From positions 13,039-77,038 of the forward strand of contig JAJYOP010000005.1 in NCBI GenBank assembly GCA_021796115.1: DNA of 64,000 bases, written 5' to 3'. Position numbers and translations under genes: made by a program. Shown piece after piece: positions 19,419-29,428 of the stretch. The notes beneath the pieces were generated by a model. It saw only the letters and a program-made list of their open reading frames with translations, made no database searches and had not been told where the DNA came from. The stretch is from a bacterium (GTDB lineage: Bacteria; Omnitrophota; Gorgyraeia; Duberdicusellales; 4484-171). Position 1 is the first letter of the stretch. Each line of letters starts with the position of its first letter.

Positions 19419-20078
19419 TTATAGGGTTTCTTGGACCAGATTTATGGTGGTCATGGGGGTGTTTGGCGGGCCATCTACGCCATTGTACAGCACAAGAATG
19501 CCGTCGCTTTCCCTAAACCAATAAAAAGCATGCCAGAATATAGAACGAAAACCGGCGAGTACAACTTTTACCTTATAGGCACGAATTTCTTTGCAGTTTA
19601 CCTTAACGGTCTCAATACCGTAATTTAAGGCTTTTATCTTGTAGGGTGTTAAGTCAAGCGGATTTAATGTCCAAAATATGACAACTTTCTTCTTCTTAGC
19701 TTTTATAAATTTTGACAAAGAAAAAGACATCGGCTGATACCAGGGGTCAACGTCTATACCAATTTTTGTATTTAGGGGTTTGCCCTTAAAAGTACCATTA
19801 ATTTGTATGGAATTTTTATTACGTTTAGCCAGGATGTCGGTTTTTTCTACGCTATTCTTGTATTGCCACTCTAAAGCATTAAGGTTGAAGTCATTGGTTG
19901 TTATATAGCTTTCCTCTCCCCGTTTATACCCAAAAGTTACCCAATGTTTTTCATTCTTTATATCCCAGAATATTTCCCGGCACCGGGAACCTGTTGTTTC
20001 AATATATTTTAAAGTTTTAGCTTCAGCACAAAGGCTAATAGTAAAAAACAACAAAAGATATACAAACAAATACCGCAT
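19419..20078 (-). CDS. Secreted hypothetical protein
   Basis: N-terminal signal peptide MRYLFVYLLLFFTISLCAEA; no recognised motif. Confidence 0.5.
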   Translation of the reverse strand: MRYLFVYLLLFFTISLCAEAKTLKYIETTGSRCREIFWDIKNEKHWVTFGYKRGEESYITTNDFNLNALEWQYKNSVEKTDILAKRNKNSIQINGTFKGKPLNTKIGIDVDPWYQPMSFSLSKFIKAKKKKVVIFWTLNPLDLTPYKIKALNYGIETVKVNCKEIRAYKVKVVLAGFRSIFWHAFYWFRESDGILVLYNGVDGPPNTPMTTINLVQETL

Positions 20079-20079
20079 A

Positions 20080-20412
20080 CTATTTAGATTTTATTACCGC
20101 TATTTTTAAAGTAACATGCTCTTCGTCATTCCATGGCCAAAACATTGCGATTATCGTTCCGTTTTGAGAGTCTTTCTTAAAAAGTGCCTGATTGTCCCAT
20201 ATGCCGCCATAATTTCTTGTGAGTTCGGCCATCTTATTACTAGGCTTTTCACCAGGTTTTTTAACAGCCGGGCCAAAGATATCCGTTAACGTTTTTAATA
20301 AAGCAGGCGTATTTAGCAGGACTAATTCGTTATAATCATCCCGTATCGAGCGCCTTTCCTGAATGCCAAGTTCTTCTAATTGCGTAACAATTTTTGCTAT
20401 ATCCATTTGCAT
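20080..20412 (-). CDS. Hypothetical protein
   Basis: 110-aa ORF tightly packed with its neighbours; no recognised motif. Confidence 0.45.
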   Translation of the reverse strand: MQMDIAKIVTQLEELGIQERRSIRDDYNELVLLNTPALLKTLTDIFGPAVKKPGEKPSNKMAELTRNYGGIWDNQALFKKDSQNGTIIAMFWPWNDEEHVTLKIAVIKSK

Positions 20413-20414
20413 AG

Positions 20415-20612
20415 TTAAAGTGAGGTGACCAGCTTTTTAAGATTAGAAACGTCGCTTTTTAGCTCCATTCCATTTCTTTTCAGGGCTTTTTGCATGCGCT
20501 CATAAACCTGGAGTAAGGTCGTGCCTTCGGTCAGATAATTTACGCAAACAGCGGCATAACCACGGCGATTCTTTATTTTAAATATTTTAATTTTGCGCGC
20601 ATTGATTTTCAT
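20415..20612 (-). CDS. Hypothetical small protein (weak HicB/UPF0150-like pattern)
   Basis: GYAAVCVNYLTEGTTLLQVYERMQKAL loosely resembles the HicB-fold core. Confidence 0.3.
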   Translation of the reverse strand: MKINARKIKIFKIKNRRGYAAVCVNYLTEGTTLLQVYERMQKALKRNGMELKSDVSNLKKLVTSL

Positions 20613-20645
20613 ACCGCCTCCTTTTTATTCATAGATATAATTAAA

Positions 20646-21215
20646 TTAAGCGTCATGGTCTATATCATTAATTATATCGTTACCGCGGGTATTTTGCCCG
20701 ATATTCTTCGGCAAATCGCTCGCTTGGCTTTGCGATTGGGCGTTTGACTTTTTATCCGGCTGAATCTCCTTTTCAGCTAAGGCGGAATTTAATTTTACGG
20801 TAAGTTCTTTTACCTGGTCGGCTAACTTTTTATTTCCATTTTCTTTTTCTATAAGTTTTTCTTTTAAGCTTTCATTCTCAGCTCTTAAGAGGTCAATTCC
20901 AGACTTGTTATTGTCTTCGGCAAGGCGCATATTCTGCAAGTCTTCTCTCATTGCATTTTCATTAGCGTGAGCCTCTTCTAATTCTGCTTTTGCCGCTTCC
21001 AGGGCTTTTTTTATCTTTTCGGTCTCATCAGCTAAGCCCGTCCGTTCAAATTCTAGCTTTTGGAGTTTCACGTTCTGAGAGATTACTTGTTGTTTTAAAT
21101 CGTAGATAGTATTTTCTCTTTGGTGCTTATTTTTTACTTCGCCTGAACTTGAAAAAAAAGTATATAAGGCAAACCCAATACCAAGTGTGACAATAATTAT
21201 TAACACGAATTCCAT
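20646..21215 (-). CDS. Membrane-anchored coiled-coil protein
   Basis: N-terminal TM helix, a long heptad-like Glu/Lys/Leu-rich region, and a Ser/Gln-rich tail. Confidence 0.55.
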   Translation of the reverse strand: MEFVLIIIVTLGIGFALYTFFSSSGEVKNKHQRENTIYDLKQQVISQNVKLQKLEFERTGLADETEKIKKALEAAKAELEEAHANENAMREDLQNMRLAEDNNKSGIDLLRAENESLKEKLIEKENGNKKLADQVKELTVKLNSALAEKEIQPDKKSNAQSQSQASDLPKNIGQNTRGNDIINDIDHDA

Positions 21216-21219
21216 TTAA

Positions 21220-21939
21220 TTACTCCTGTTGGCTATGGCTTAAATTTCTTTCAACGAAATCGATTATTTGTTCCTGTGCCCGTTGGCTGATATCGTGAAA
21301 TTCTATGCCCATAGCCGGTGATTCAACGGGTTGTATTTCTTTATCGGCTTCCCATACCACTTTAGCATCGACTTCCAGGATACCCGGCACTGGTTCAAGA
21401 TGTAGGCGCGTGGTCAGCATTTCGCCGACAGAAAAGATCTTTTCGGCAATGATGAAGGCACCTATGGCGCTCAAATTTTCAATCTTTCCTTTAAGGTATG
21501 CCAGATTTGCAGCATATTTTTGTTTATATTCGATGGTACGCTGTAGCGGCACACGTTTGAAGCGCCGGCGCAAGCGTTGTTCCAGGATATGCGAGAACAA
21601 TTCTTCTTCTTTGAAACTTTTTATAGCGGTTTCTTCGTTTTCATAATAATCGAATACTTTATCTAATCCAACCACAGAAAATAATTTTTGTACGTGGCTT
21701 GGCACGTGAACCAGCTTCATTTTTCCTTTGTGGTTCAAGACGTTTTTGTATGCCACGGCTATCAAGGAAATGCCCACATAATCTATAAGGTTTATCCCTT
21801 CAAAATTACAGAGGATATTTTTGGATTTAGTGACCAGGGCCCAGCCGACAGTTTCGACAAAATCCGAGGCATTTATGTCGATGCTTCCTTCTATATCAAG
21901 AATGACGATATTTTCAACTTCGCGTATATTTATTTTCAT
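21220..21939 (-). CDS. STAS (anti-sigma-factor-antagonist-like) domain fused to a PilZ domain
   Basis: N-terminus IVILDIEGSIDINAS..INLIDYVGISLI..KLVHVPSHVQKLFSVVGLDKVF is STAS-like. C-terminus has RRRFKR (RxxxR) and NLSAIG (NxSxxG). Confidence 0.75.
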   Translation of the reverse strand: MKINIREVENIVILDIEGSIDINASDFVETVGWALVTKSKNILCNFEGINLIDYVGISLIAVAYKNVLNHKGKMKLVHVPSHVQKLFSVVGLDKVFDYYENEETAIKSFKEEELFSHILEQRLRRRFKRVPLQRTIEYKQKYAANLAYLKGKIENLSAIGAFIIAEKIFSVGEMLTTRLHLEPVPGILEVDAKVVWEADKEIQPVESPAMGIEFHDISQRAQEQIIDFVERNLSHSQQE

Positions 21940-21966
21940 ATATGGTTAAGAATAGATTCAGTCATA

Positions 21967-22242
21967 TTAATGCTTTAATAGCAAGAGAAGGAAAAATAAC
22001 AGTATGGCAAGTCCTGTTGCAATCATAATATATTCTAATAGATGGGAGTTTTTTGTTGCAGGGATTTCCGGGAGGGATTCTTCTTTTTTTTCGGTAATGC
22101 CTGGCCGGTCCATTGTTTGACCAAGGTACTCACGGCACTCGTTACACACACAGAGATGCTCTTCGACTTTCAGTATCTCGGCTTCTGTTGCCGTGTGTTT
22201 TATGTAGGCAGGAATTATGGTTTTGATTTCTTCGCAACTCAT
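21967..22242 (-). CDS. Putative zf-HC2 anti-sigma factor with a C-terminal TM helix
   Basis: MSCEEIKTIIPAYI..EEHLCVCNECREYL (H-x3-C-x2-C) plus a hydrophobic C-terminus. Confidence 0.6.
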   Translation of the reverse strand: MSCEEIKTIIPAYIKHTATEAEILKVEEHLCVCNECREYLGQTMDRPGITEKKEESLPEIPATKNSHLLEYIMIATGLAILLFFLLLLLKH

Positions 22243-22317
22243 ATAAAAAGGTAGAATTTTTGCCTGAACTACCGTAACACATTTATCCTATGAGCATAAA
22301 AATCGGAAGAGAAGGAA

Positions 22318-22479
22318 TTAGCGTTTCCCTTTTGCAGCTTTTCGTCTTTTTTGAGAAGGTTTTGTATAATATTGGCGCTCTTTAAAATTTTCAACAATGC
22401 CTTCTCTCTTGCACTGTATTTTAAACATGCGCAAAGCTTTTTCAAAATCTTCTCTCCTGTCTATTCTAACTTCAGCCAT
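22318..22479 (-). CDS. rpsU: 30S ribosomal protein S21 (53 aa, absent from the ORF track)
   Basis: Hand translation gives MAEVRIDRREDFEKALRMFKIQCKREGIVENFKERQYYTKPSQKRRKAAKGKR. AGGAGGT RBS upstream. Confidence 0.85.
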   Translation of the reverse strand: MAEVRIDRREDFEKALRMFKIQCKREGIVENFKERQYYTKPSQKRRKAAKGKR

Positions 22480-22742
22480 CTGCGTTAAACACCTCCTAAG
22501 TTACTAACCAACCCCACTCACTTCGCCTCAAGCTTTGCTTGGGGCAACTCGACTAACTCTTTTTGCTTTGCAAAAAGACAGTTTCATTGTTTGGGGATAA
22601 TTCGCACTTATCTTTTTTAGGAAAATCCTAAAAAAGATTGTGTCCTTATTATATCAAATAAATCTAATACCGCAAGCAAAATAAGCCAAAAAATACCCCC
22701 CTCCTCAACCGATTGATAAAAACTTTTAGAACTCGCAAATCA

Positions 22743-22815
22743 TGCCCCCACCCCGAGTCGAACGGGGATTTCAGCCTTAGGAGGGCCGCGCTCTGTCCGT
22801 TTGAGCTATAGGGGC
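22743..22815 (-). tRNA. tRNA-Arg (anticodon CCT)
   Basis: Hand-folded: acceptor GCCCCTA/TGGGGGC, D arm GCTC..GAGC, anticodon stem CGGCC/GGCTG with loop CTCCTAA, T arm CCCCG-TTCGACT-CGGGG. Confidence 0.85.
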
Positions 22816-22874
22816 AATTAAACAGATGATAGATAACACCTGCCTGCCGGCAGGGATGACAACAAGAAATAGGG

Positions 22875-23387
22875 TTAAAACTTTATTAATGAATAAACCG
22901 GATAATTTCTTAACTTATCTTTTCCATTCAAGCCGGTTAATTCAATAAGAAATGTTACGCCCACGATGTCAGCTTTTAGTTTTTTGGCAAGCGCAATAAG
23001 AGCGAGAGCTGTTCCGCCTGTAGCAAGAAGGTCGTCGAGTATCAGGACTTTTGAATTTTCAGGAAAGGCATCTTGATGGATTTCCAGGGAATCGCAGCCG
23101 TATTCAAGCGAATATGTGTGCTGGTATGTTTTATATGGGAGCTTCCCCGGTTTTCTTACCGGCACAAGTCCACATCCTAATTTATAGCATAAAGCTCCAG
23201 CAAACAAGAACCCGCGTGATTCCGCAGCAACAATGTAATCAATTTTTTTATTTTTTAAAAGTTTTGCCAAATTGTCAATGGCACTTTTAAATGCTTTTTT
23301 GTTATTCAAGAGAGTGGTTATATCTTTGAAAAGAATCCCTTTTTTAGGAAAGTCAGGTATGTTGCGGATATACTTTTTCAAATCCAT
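22875..23387 (-). CDS. apt: Adenine phosphoribosyltransferase
   Basis: PDFPKKGILFKDIT N-terminal motif and PRPP-binding VLILDDLLATGGTA. Confidence 0.9.
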   Translation of the reverse strand: MDLKKYIRNIPDFPKKGILFKDITTLLNNKKAFKSAIDNLAKLLKNKKIDYIVAAESRGFLFAGALCYKLGCGLVPVRKPGKLPYKTYQHTYSLEYGCDSLEIHQDAFPENSKVLILDDLLATGGTALALIALAKKLKADIVGVTFLIELTGLNGKDKLRNYPVYSLIKF

Positions 23388-23393
23388 ATTATG

Positions 23394-24215
23394 CTAGCTT
23401 TCTAAATCTTTTTTTTGCTCTTCTATTGCATATTTCTTCAATTTATCTAAGGCGTCTTTTTCTATCTGTCTTATGCGTTCACGCGAAACGTTCAAAGCTT
23501 TCGAAACGTCAGCCAGTGTATGCGATTTACCATTGATTATCCCAAAACGTAAATTCAATACTTGGCGTTCCCGTTCGTTAACGAAATCTAAAAAGTGGAT
23601 AACTCTTTCGTGGTTAAAAAATTTCTCAACCTCCTTATTGGTATCAGCGTATTCCTCGCTTTTAATAAAATCGCCAAGCTGTGATTCACCTTCTTCTCCA
23701 ACCGGCGCTTCAAGGGAGGCTTTTTTCTGCATCCACATCTCAATTTCCCCGACCTTTTCCGCCGGTAATTTCATTTTTGCGGCAATTTCGCTTCTTGCCG
23801 GCTCTCTTTTTAGGCTCTGGCGCAAATGTTCGTGAATTTTTTTGTATTTCGACATGAATTCGCTCATGTAAACCGGAATACGGATGGTTTTGCCCTGATC
23901 GATTAACGCCCGGGAAATCGCCTGGCGTATCCACCAGGCAGCGTAAGTTGAAAAGCGAAAACCTTTTTTGACATTGAATTTATCGATGGCCCGCATTAGA
24001 CCAATGTTACCTTCCGCTATTAAGTCCATGAGCGGCAGGTCAAAATGGCTGTAATGTTTTGCAATGTTTACAACAAGCTTGAGGTTTGCATTGATAATTT
24101 TGCGGCGCGCCTCACGGTTGCCTTTTTTTGCTTTACGTATCAACTGCTCCTCGTCTTTTTTTGAAAGAAGAGGTATGTTTTTAATCTTATCCAGATAGGC
24201 TTTGATTGCTTCCAT
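23394..24215 (-). CDS. Sigma-70 family RNA polymerase sigma factor (RpoD/RpoS-like, no region 1.1)
   Basis: Region 2 DLIAEGNIGLMRAIDKFNVKKGFRFSTYAAWWIRQAI and region 4 TLADVSKALNVSRERIRQIE. Confidence 0.9.
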   Translation of the reverse strand: MEAIKAYLDKIKNIPLLSKKDEEQLIRKAKKGNREARRKIINANLKLVVNIAKHYSHFDLPLMDLIAEGNIGLMRAIDKFNVKKGFRFSTYAAWWIRQAISRALIDQGKTIRIPVYMSEFMSKYKKIHEHLRQSLKREPARSEIAAKMKLPAEKVGEIEMWMQKKASLEAPVGEEGESQLGDFIKSEEYADTNKEVEKFFNHERVIHFLDFVNERERQVLNLRFGIINGKSHTLADVSKALNVSRERIRQIEKDALDKLKKYAIEEQKKDLES

Positions 24216-24217
24216 GG

Positions 24218-26974
24218 TTATTTTTTCTTTTTGCTTTTTGCGCTCGGTTTATTATTTAAAACCGCCTGTGCTGCGGAAAGCCTGGCTATAGGCACTCTGA
24301 AAGGCGAGCAGGATACGTAATCCATGCCTACTCTATGGCAAAAATCAATCGATCTGGGCTCTCCTCCGTGTTCTCCACAAATCCCAACTTTTAATTCTTT
24401 ACGGGTTGTTCTTCCTCTTTCGATGCCGATTTTAATAAGCTGGCCAATGCCTTCCTGGTCAATGGTCTGGAAGGGATCGTCGGATAATACCCCTTTCTTA
24501 AGGTAGTCCGGAAGAAATCCGCCGATATCATCACGTGAGAATCCAAAGCCCATTTGCGTCAGGTCGTTGGTTCCGAAGGAGAAAAATTCCGCAAGCTTTG
24601 CGATTTCGTCAGCAGTTAAAGCCGCGCGCGGAATTTCAATCATGGTTCCGAACATTGACGGCATGTTTTTTAACGAATATTTCTTCATAACCTCATTCTT
24701 AATGCGTTGTACGATAGCCAGCTGGTCGCTTAATTCTTTTACTGTGCAGACGACAGGAATCATAATTTCCGGCTCAATTTTTTTCCCAACCTTGATTAAT
24801 TCCGCAGATGCTTCAAGTATTGCCCTTACCTGCATTTCGGTAATTTCAGGATAGGTAATACCGAGCCGGACTCCGCGATGGCCCATCATTGGATTACTTT
24901 CATGCAGGGCTTCGGCGCGTTTTTCAAACTCTTCAATAGAAATTCCCAAGCTTTGGGCTAATTCTTTACGTTGCGCTTCTTCTCTTGGCACAAACTCATG
25001 TAAAGGCGGATCAAGCAAACGGATAGTTACAGGATAGCCATCCATGGCCTCAAGGGTTTTTTTGATATCATCTTTGGCATACGGGAAAAGTTCGGCTAAT
25101 GCCTTGCGCCTTTCTTCCTCGGTTTTTGAAGCGATCATTTTACGAAGAAGAAATAGCGGCTGTTCCGAACCTTTTCCGTAGAACATGTGTTCGGTTCTGA
25201 ATAGGCCAATTCCTTCCGCACCGAATGAGCGGGCTTTTCTTGCATCTTCTGGAGTGTCGGCATTAGCGCGAATTTTAAGCCGGCGCACGCCATCGCACAT
25301 TTTTAAAAAATCTGCAAGCACTTTATTTTCTTCAGAGGCATCCACCATTTTTAGTTTTCCAAAATAAACATTTCCTTTCGTGCCATTTAAGGTCAGCCAC
25401 TCGCCTTCTTTAACGGTTTTGTCGCCGATCTTTACGGTTTTTGTATCATAATCTACATGCAAGGCGCCGCAACCGACGATGCAGCATTTTCCCCAACCCC
25501 TTGCAACGAGTGCAGCATGTGAAGTCATGCCGCCTCTTGCCGTAAGTATGCACTGGGCAGCCCTCATACCTTCAACGTCTTCAGGATTTGTTTCTTCTCT
25601 TAGAAGAAGAACTTGCTTGCCTTCTTTTGACCATTTAACTGCGTCATTTGCGCTAAAAACAATCATTCCAGCTGCACCACCCGGACCGGCAGGAAGGCCT
25701 TTGGCAATGGGTTTATTTGCCGCCTCTTCTCTGGGGTCAATTATCGGATGAAGCAATTCATCCAACTGCGCAGGGGTGACCCTCGATACTGCGGTTTCTT
25801 TACTGATGCGTTTTTCCCTGACCATATCAACAGCCATTTTTACTGCAGCAGGGCCATTGCGCTTTCCAACGCGGCATTGAAGCATGAAGAGTTTACTTTT
25901 TTCAATCGTAAATTCGATATCAAGCATGTCGTGATAGTGTTTTTCCAGGCGGTTTCTTATATCAACAAGTTCTTTGTAAATCTTAGGCGATGATTCTTCT
26001 AAACTGATCAATCCTTTGTTATGTTCGCTTTTTGAGTATTTATTAAGCGGCGCTGGCGTGCGGATTCCGGCAACCACGTCTTCGCCTTGTGCGTTTACGA
26101 GATACTCACCGTAAAATGCGTTTTCTCCGCTACCCGGATTTCTGGTAAAAGCAACGCCGGTTGCGCTATCGTCGCCCATATTTCCGAAAACCATGGTTTG
26201 GACAGTTACCGCTGTTCCCCATTCATTAGGAATATTTTCGATGCGCCGATACGCAATTGCTCTTTTTCCGTTCCAGGAAAGAAATACTGCAGAAATTCCT
26301 CCCCATAATTGTTCCATTGGGTCATCGGGAAATTCTTTCTTCAGTACTTCTTTTATTTTTGTTTTAAACAAGGAGCAAAGAGTTTTTAAGTCACTCGCGC
26401 TAAGTTCGGTATCGCTCTTTGCGCCTTTTTTGCTCTTCATTTCCGTCATGATTTTTTCAAGCTGTTTGCGGATGCCCATTTCATCATTTTCCGGTTCAAT
26501 GCCGGCAGCCTTTTCCATGACGACATCGGAATACATCATAATCAAGCGCCGGTAAGCATCATATACAAACCGTTCATTCTTGGTTTGCTTGGTTAATCCA
26601 GGTATGGTTTTTTCGGTAAGGCCCACGTTTAAAACTGTTTCCATCATTCCCGGCATTGACTTTCTTGCGCCGGAACGCACGGAAACAAGAAGCGGATTGT
26701 TAACATCGCCAAATTTTTTGCCCATTAAGGTTTCTACTTTTTTTAACGCTTTCACTACGTCTTCCTTCAGAATTTTAGGATAAGTACGTTTGTTAGCGTA
26801 ATAATAAGTACAAACTTCGGTTGTGATTGTGAATCCCGGGGGAACCGGTAGACATAAATCTTTATGGCCGGCCATTTCAGCAAGGTTGGCGCCTTTTCCG
26901 CCAAGAAGATTCTTCATGCTTTCATTGCCGTCGGCTTTTCCTCCACCAAACGAATACACATACTTTTTCGCCAT
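24218..26974 (-). CDS. ppdK: Pyruvate, phosphate dikinase
   Basis: 918 aa. Phosphohistidine motif GGMTSHAALVARGWG and C-terminal PEP-utilising TIM barrel (FSFGTNDLTQ, CGEHGG). Confidence 0.95.
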   Translation of the reverse strand: MAKKYVYSFGGGKADGNESMKNLLGGKGANLAEMAGHKDLCLPVPPGFTITTEVCTYYYANKRTYPKILKEDVVKALKKVETLMGKKFGDVNNPLLVSVRSGARKSMPGMMETVLNVGLTEKTIPGLTKQTKNERFVYDAYRRLIMMYSDVVMEKAAGIEPENDEMGIRKQLEKIMTEMKSKKGAKSDTELSASDLKTLCSLFKTKIKEVLKKEFPDDPMEQLWGGISAVFLSWNGKRAIAYRRIENIPNEWGTAVTVQTMVFGNMGDDSATGVAFTRNPGSGENAFYGEYLVNAQGEDVVAGIRTPAPLNKYSKSEHNKGLISLEESSPKIYKELVDIRNRLEKHYHDMLDIEFTIEKSKLFMLQCRVGKRNGPAAVKMAVDMVREKRISKETAVSRVTPAQLDELLHPIIDPREEAANKPIAKGLPAGPGGAAGMIVFSANDAVKWSKEGKQVLLLREETNPEDVEGMRAAQCILTARGGMTSHAALVARGWGKCCIVGCGALHVDYDTKTVKIGDKTVKEGEWLTLNGTKGNVYFGKLKMVDASEENKVLADFLKMCDGVRRLKIRANADTPEDARKARSFGAEGIGLFRTEHMFYGKGSEQPLFLLRKMIASKTEEERRKALAELFPYAKDDIKKTLEAMDGYPVTIRLLDPPLHEFVPREEAQRKELAQSLGISIEEFEKRAEALHESNPMMGHRGVRLGITYPEITEMQVRAILEASAELIKVGKKIEPEIMIPVVCTVKELSDQLAIVQRIKNEVMKKYSLKNMPSMFGTMIEIPRAALTADEIAKLAEFFSFGTNDLTQMGFGFSRDDIGGFLPDYLKKGVLSDDPFQTIDQEGIGQLIKIGIERGRTTRKELKVGICGEHGGEPRSIDFCHRVGMDYVSCSPFRVPIARLSAAQAVLNNKPSAKSKKKK

Positions 26975-27047
26975 GATGCCATTCCTCCTTGCTTATTTTA
27001 GTCCACACCCCGTAGACCATAAGTCACAGTTCTAGATCTGTGGGTCA

Positions 27048-28406
27048 TCAACTGTCGACTGTGGACTGTTTCTTGTTGCGTTCTTTTATGTAATCAAAAA
27101 CGTTATCTACTGTCACTCTTTCCTGTTTCATGGTATCCCTATCCCTTATCGTAACTTTTTTATCATTTATGCTTTCGACGTCGACGGTTATGCATAACGG
27201 TGTGCCGATTTCGTCTTGACGGCGATACAGTTTTCCGATGGCGCCTGTATCGTCATATAAAGCAGGCAATTTCTCTTTTATATCACAAAAAATCTTTTTT
27301 GCAAGTTCAATCAATTCCGGCCGATTTTTTAAGAGCGGGAATATCGCTGCCTGATACGGGGCAAGCGCACTATTTAATTTTAAGACGACGCGAATTTTGC
27401 CATTTACCTCTTCTTCCTGGTAGGCATCGCAAATTACGGCAAAGAATGTCCGGTCAACACCGGCTGAAGGTTCAATAACAAAGGGTACTACTTTTTCCTT
27501 GGTTTGTTCGTCAAAAAAGGAAAGGTCTTTTTTGCTGACTCTGCCATGTTCGGTTAAGTCAAAATTTCCGCGGTTGGCAATGCCTTCCAGTTCGCTGAAA
27601 CCAAACGGGAAATTGTATTCGATATCAGTGCAGGATTTTGCATAATGAGCAAGTTCGTCTTTCGTATGTTCACGCAACCGTATATTTTCTTTTCGCAATC
27701 CGATTCTTGAAGTATAAAAATTATAGCGTTCGTTGACCCAGTATTTATAGTATTTGTCGGCTTCTTCAGGCTTTACGAAATATTCGATTTCCATCTGCTC
27801 GAATTCTTTCATGCGGAAAATAAAACTTCCGGTAGTTACTTCATTCCGGAATGCTTTTCCGATTTGCGCGATACCCACAGGCAGTTTTCGATGACAGGAA
27901 TTTAAGACGTTTATAAAGTTTACAAAGATACCTTGTGCGGTTTCCGGCCGCAAATAGCCGTAATACGGCTCATCTTCTGTGGCGCTGACATTAGTTTTAA
28001 GCATCAAATTAAATTTACGTGCTTTGCTTTTTTGTGTATCAATATCAGTGCCGCATTCCGCGCATTTATATAAATTCTCGCTTTTCTTTTCAAGCTTATC
28101 GATACGGAAACGTTTCTTGCATTTAGGGCAGTCGACCAACAGGTCAGTAAAACCTTCGAGGTGGCCGGAAGCCTTGAAGACATCCTCGTGCATAATTATA
28201 CTGCTATCAAGGCCAAGAATATCTTCCCGTTTCTCAACGTAAGTATCCCACCAGATATCTTTTATGCGTTTTTTAAGTTTAGCGCCAAGGGGCCCGTAAT
28301 CCCAGATGCTGGACAGGCCACCGTATATTTCGGAGCCGCCAAACACAAATCCGCGCCTTTTACATAAAGATACTATCCTTGCCAGCTTATCTTCCGCCAT
28401 ATGCAT
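27048..28406 (-). CDS. glyQS: Glycine--tRNA ligase (dimeric class II type)
   Basis: RRGFVFGGSEIYGG, YLRPETAQG, a zinc-ribbon-like insert, and an anticodon-binding C-terminus. Confidence 0.95.
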   Translation of the reverse strand: MHMAEDKLARIVSLCKRRGFVFGGSEIYGGLSSIWDYGPLGAKLKKRIKDIWWDTYVEKREDILGLDSSIIMHEDVFKASGHLEGFTDLLVDCPKCKKRFRIDKLEKKSENLYKCAECGTDIDTQKSKARKFNLMLKTNVSATEDEPYYGYLRPETAQGIFVNFINVLNSCHRKLPVGIAQIGKAFRNEVTTGSFIFRMKEFEQMEIEYFVKPEEADKYYKYWVNERYNFYTSRIGLRKENIRLREHTKDELAHYAKSCTDIEYNFPFGFSELEGIANRGNFDLTEHGRVSKKDLSFFDEQTKEKVVPFVIEPSAGVDRTFFAVICDAYQEEEVNGKIRVVLKLNSALAPYQAAIFPLLKNRPELIELAKKIFCDIKEKLPALYDDTGAIGKLYRRQDEIGTPLCITVDVESINDKKVTIRDRDTMKQERVTVDNVFDYIKERNKKQSTVDS

Positions 28407-28543
28407 TATAATTATTAATTATTATCAATTTGCTGAAAATGACTAACAAGACATATATTATACATTAAAATAATATTTTTTAAAGCACTAATCTGAATTT
28501 CTGACTTTTAAATTGCAGGGATTTTTGAGGGCAATTAACCCGG

Positions 28544-29394
28544 CTAATAAACTAGGGTTAATTCAAATTTCTTTGTTTTTTGTGCCAGATCCTTGGGAAA
28601 CGGCGGAAACGGTACTGCCTGTTTTAGGGCTTCTAGGGCATAAGGGTCGAGCTTGAAATTAGTGCTTTTTGTTACGGAAGGATTCTCTAACAACGTGCCG
28701 TCATCTGAAAGGGTGAACGCGATTTTGACTTCGCCCCTCTCCTTGTCAGGTTTATGGGCCCGGCTTATTTCTCGTATGCGATTTACAAGCAGGCTGTAAT
28801 AACTTTCCGGAGGTATATCGCCCGAAAGATTTGTCTTTGGATTGACGATTCGTTCTTTGACGAGTTTCCCACCGACCATGCTGATAACAGCACCGTCCTG
28901 TGGTTTTATTTCCGCAAAATCCGTATATGCTGCTTCTCCAGAAACAATATGGGGCGTTAGAAGTATTATTAAATCGTTTTTATCAACTTCATCGGAGGTG
29001 CTGCTGAAAAGGTAACGTAATCCCGGTAAATCACCAAGAATAGGTATCTTTTTTACGGTTTTCTTATGCTGGTCCTGCCGGAGGCCGCCGATGATTATGG
29101 TTATGCCGTCTTTTACCATAACGGTTGTCTCTGTTTCCGATGAGGTTACGATTGGCACGTCAGTTTTTTTATCCTGAGAAATTATTGTTTTTGTTTCGGC
29201 AGAGCTTATTTCTGGTTTTATTTTCATAGTTACAAAACCCTTGGTGTTGATAGTCGGCGTTACAAAAAGCTTGATTCCGGTTTCGACAAAATTAACTGAG
29301 TCGGCAGTAACGGCATTTCCCTCGGTTTGGGTTACGGTTGATGTTATGTAGGCATCCTTGTAATTGGCGTAATCTAATTTTTTCCTGACTTTTC
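28544..29394 (-). pseudogene. N-terminally truncated secretin (GspD/PilQ C-domain) fused to a TonB_C-like domain
   Basis: Secretin core FVETGIKLFVTPTINTKGFVTMKIKPEISS..IPILGDLPGLRYLF..LLTPHIV. The open frame starts right after a TGA at about 29395, and the first ATG is at 29227. The tail KIAFTLSDDGTL..LDPYALEALKQAVPFPPFP is TonB_C-like. Confidence 0.55.
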
Positions 29395-29428
29395 TCGGTC
29401 AAAATAGCATCGGGTGCAGACTAGATTC

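Noticed and set aside
24324-26783. Numerous 60-120-aa + strand ORFs antisense to ppdK
   Set aside because: They lie fully within a high-confidence 918-aa PPDK gene. They are typical shadow ORFs with low-complexity Ser/Phe/Ile-rich translations.
26975-27047. The glyQS-ppdK spacer palindrome (agtccaca ... tgtggact)
   Set aside because: The outer stem is only about 8 bp with weak inner pairing, and part of it encodes the last glyQS codons. It is probably an ordinary terminator or processing hairpin.
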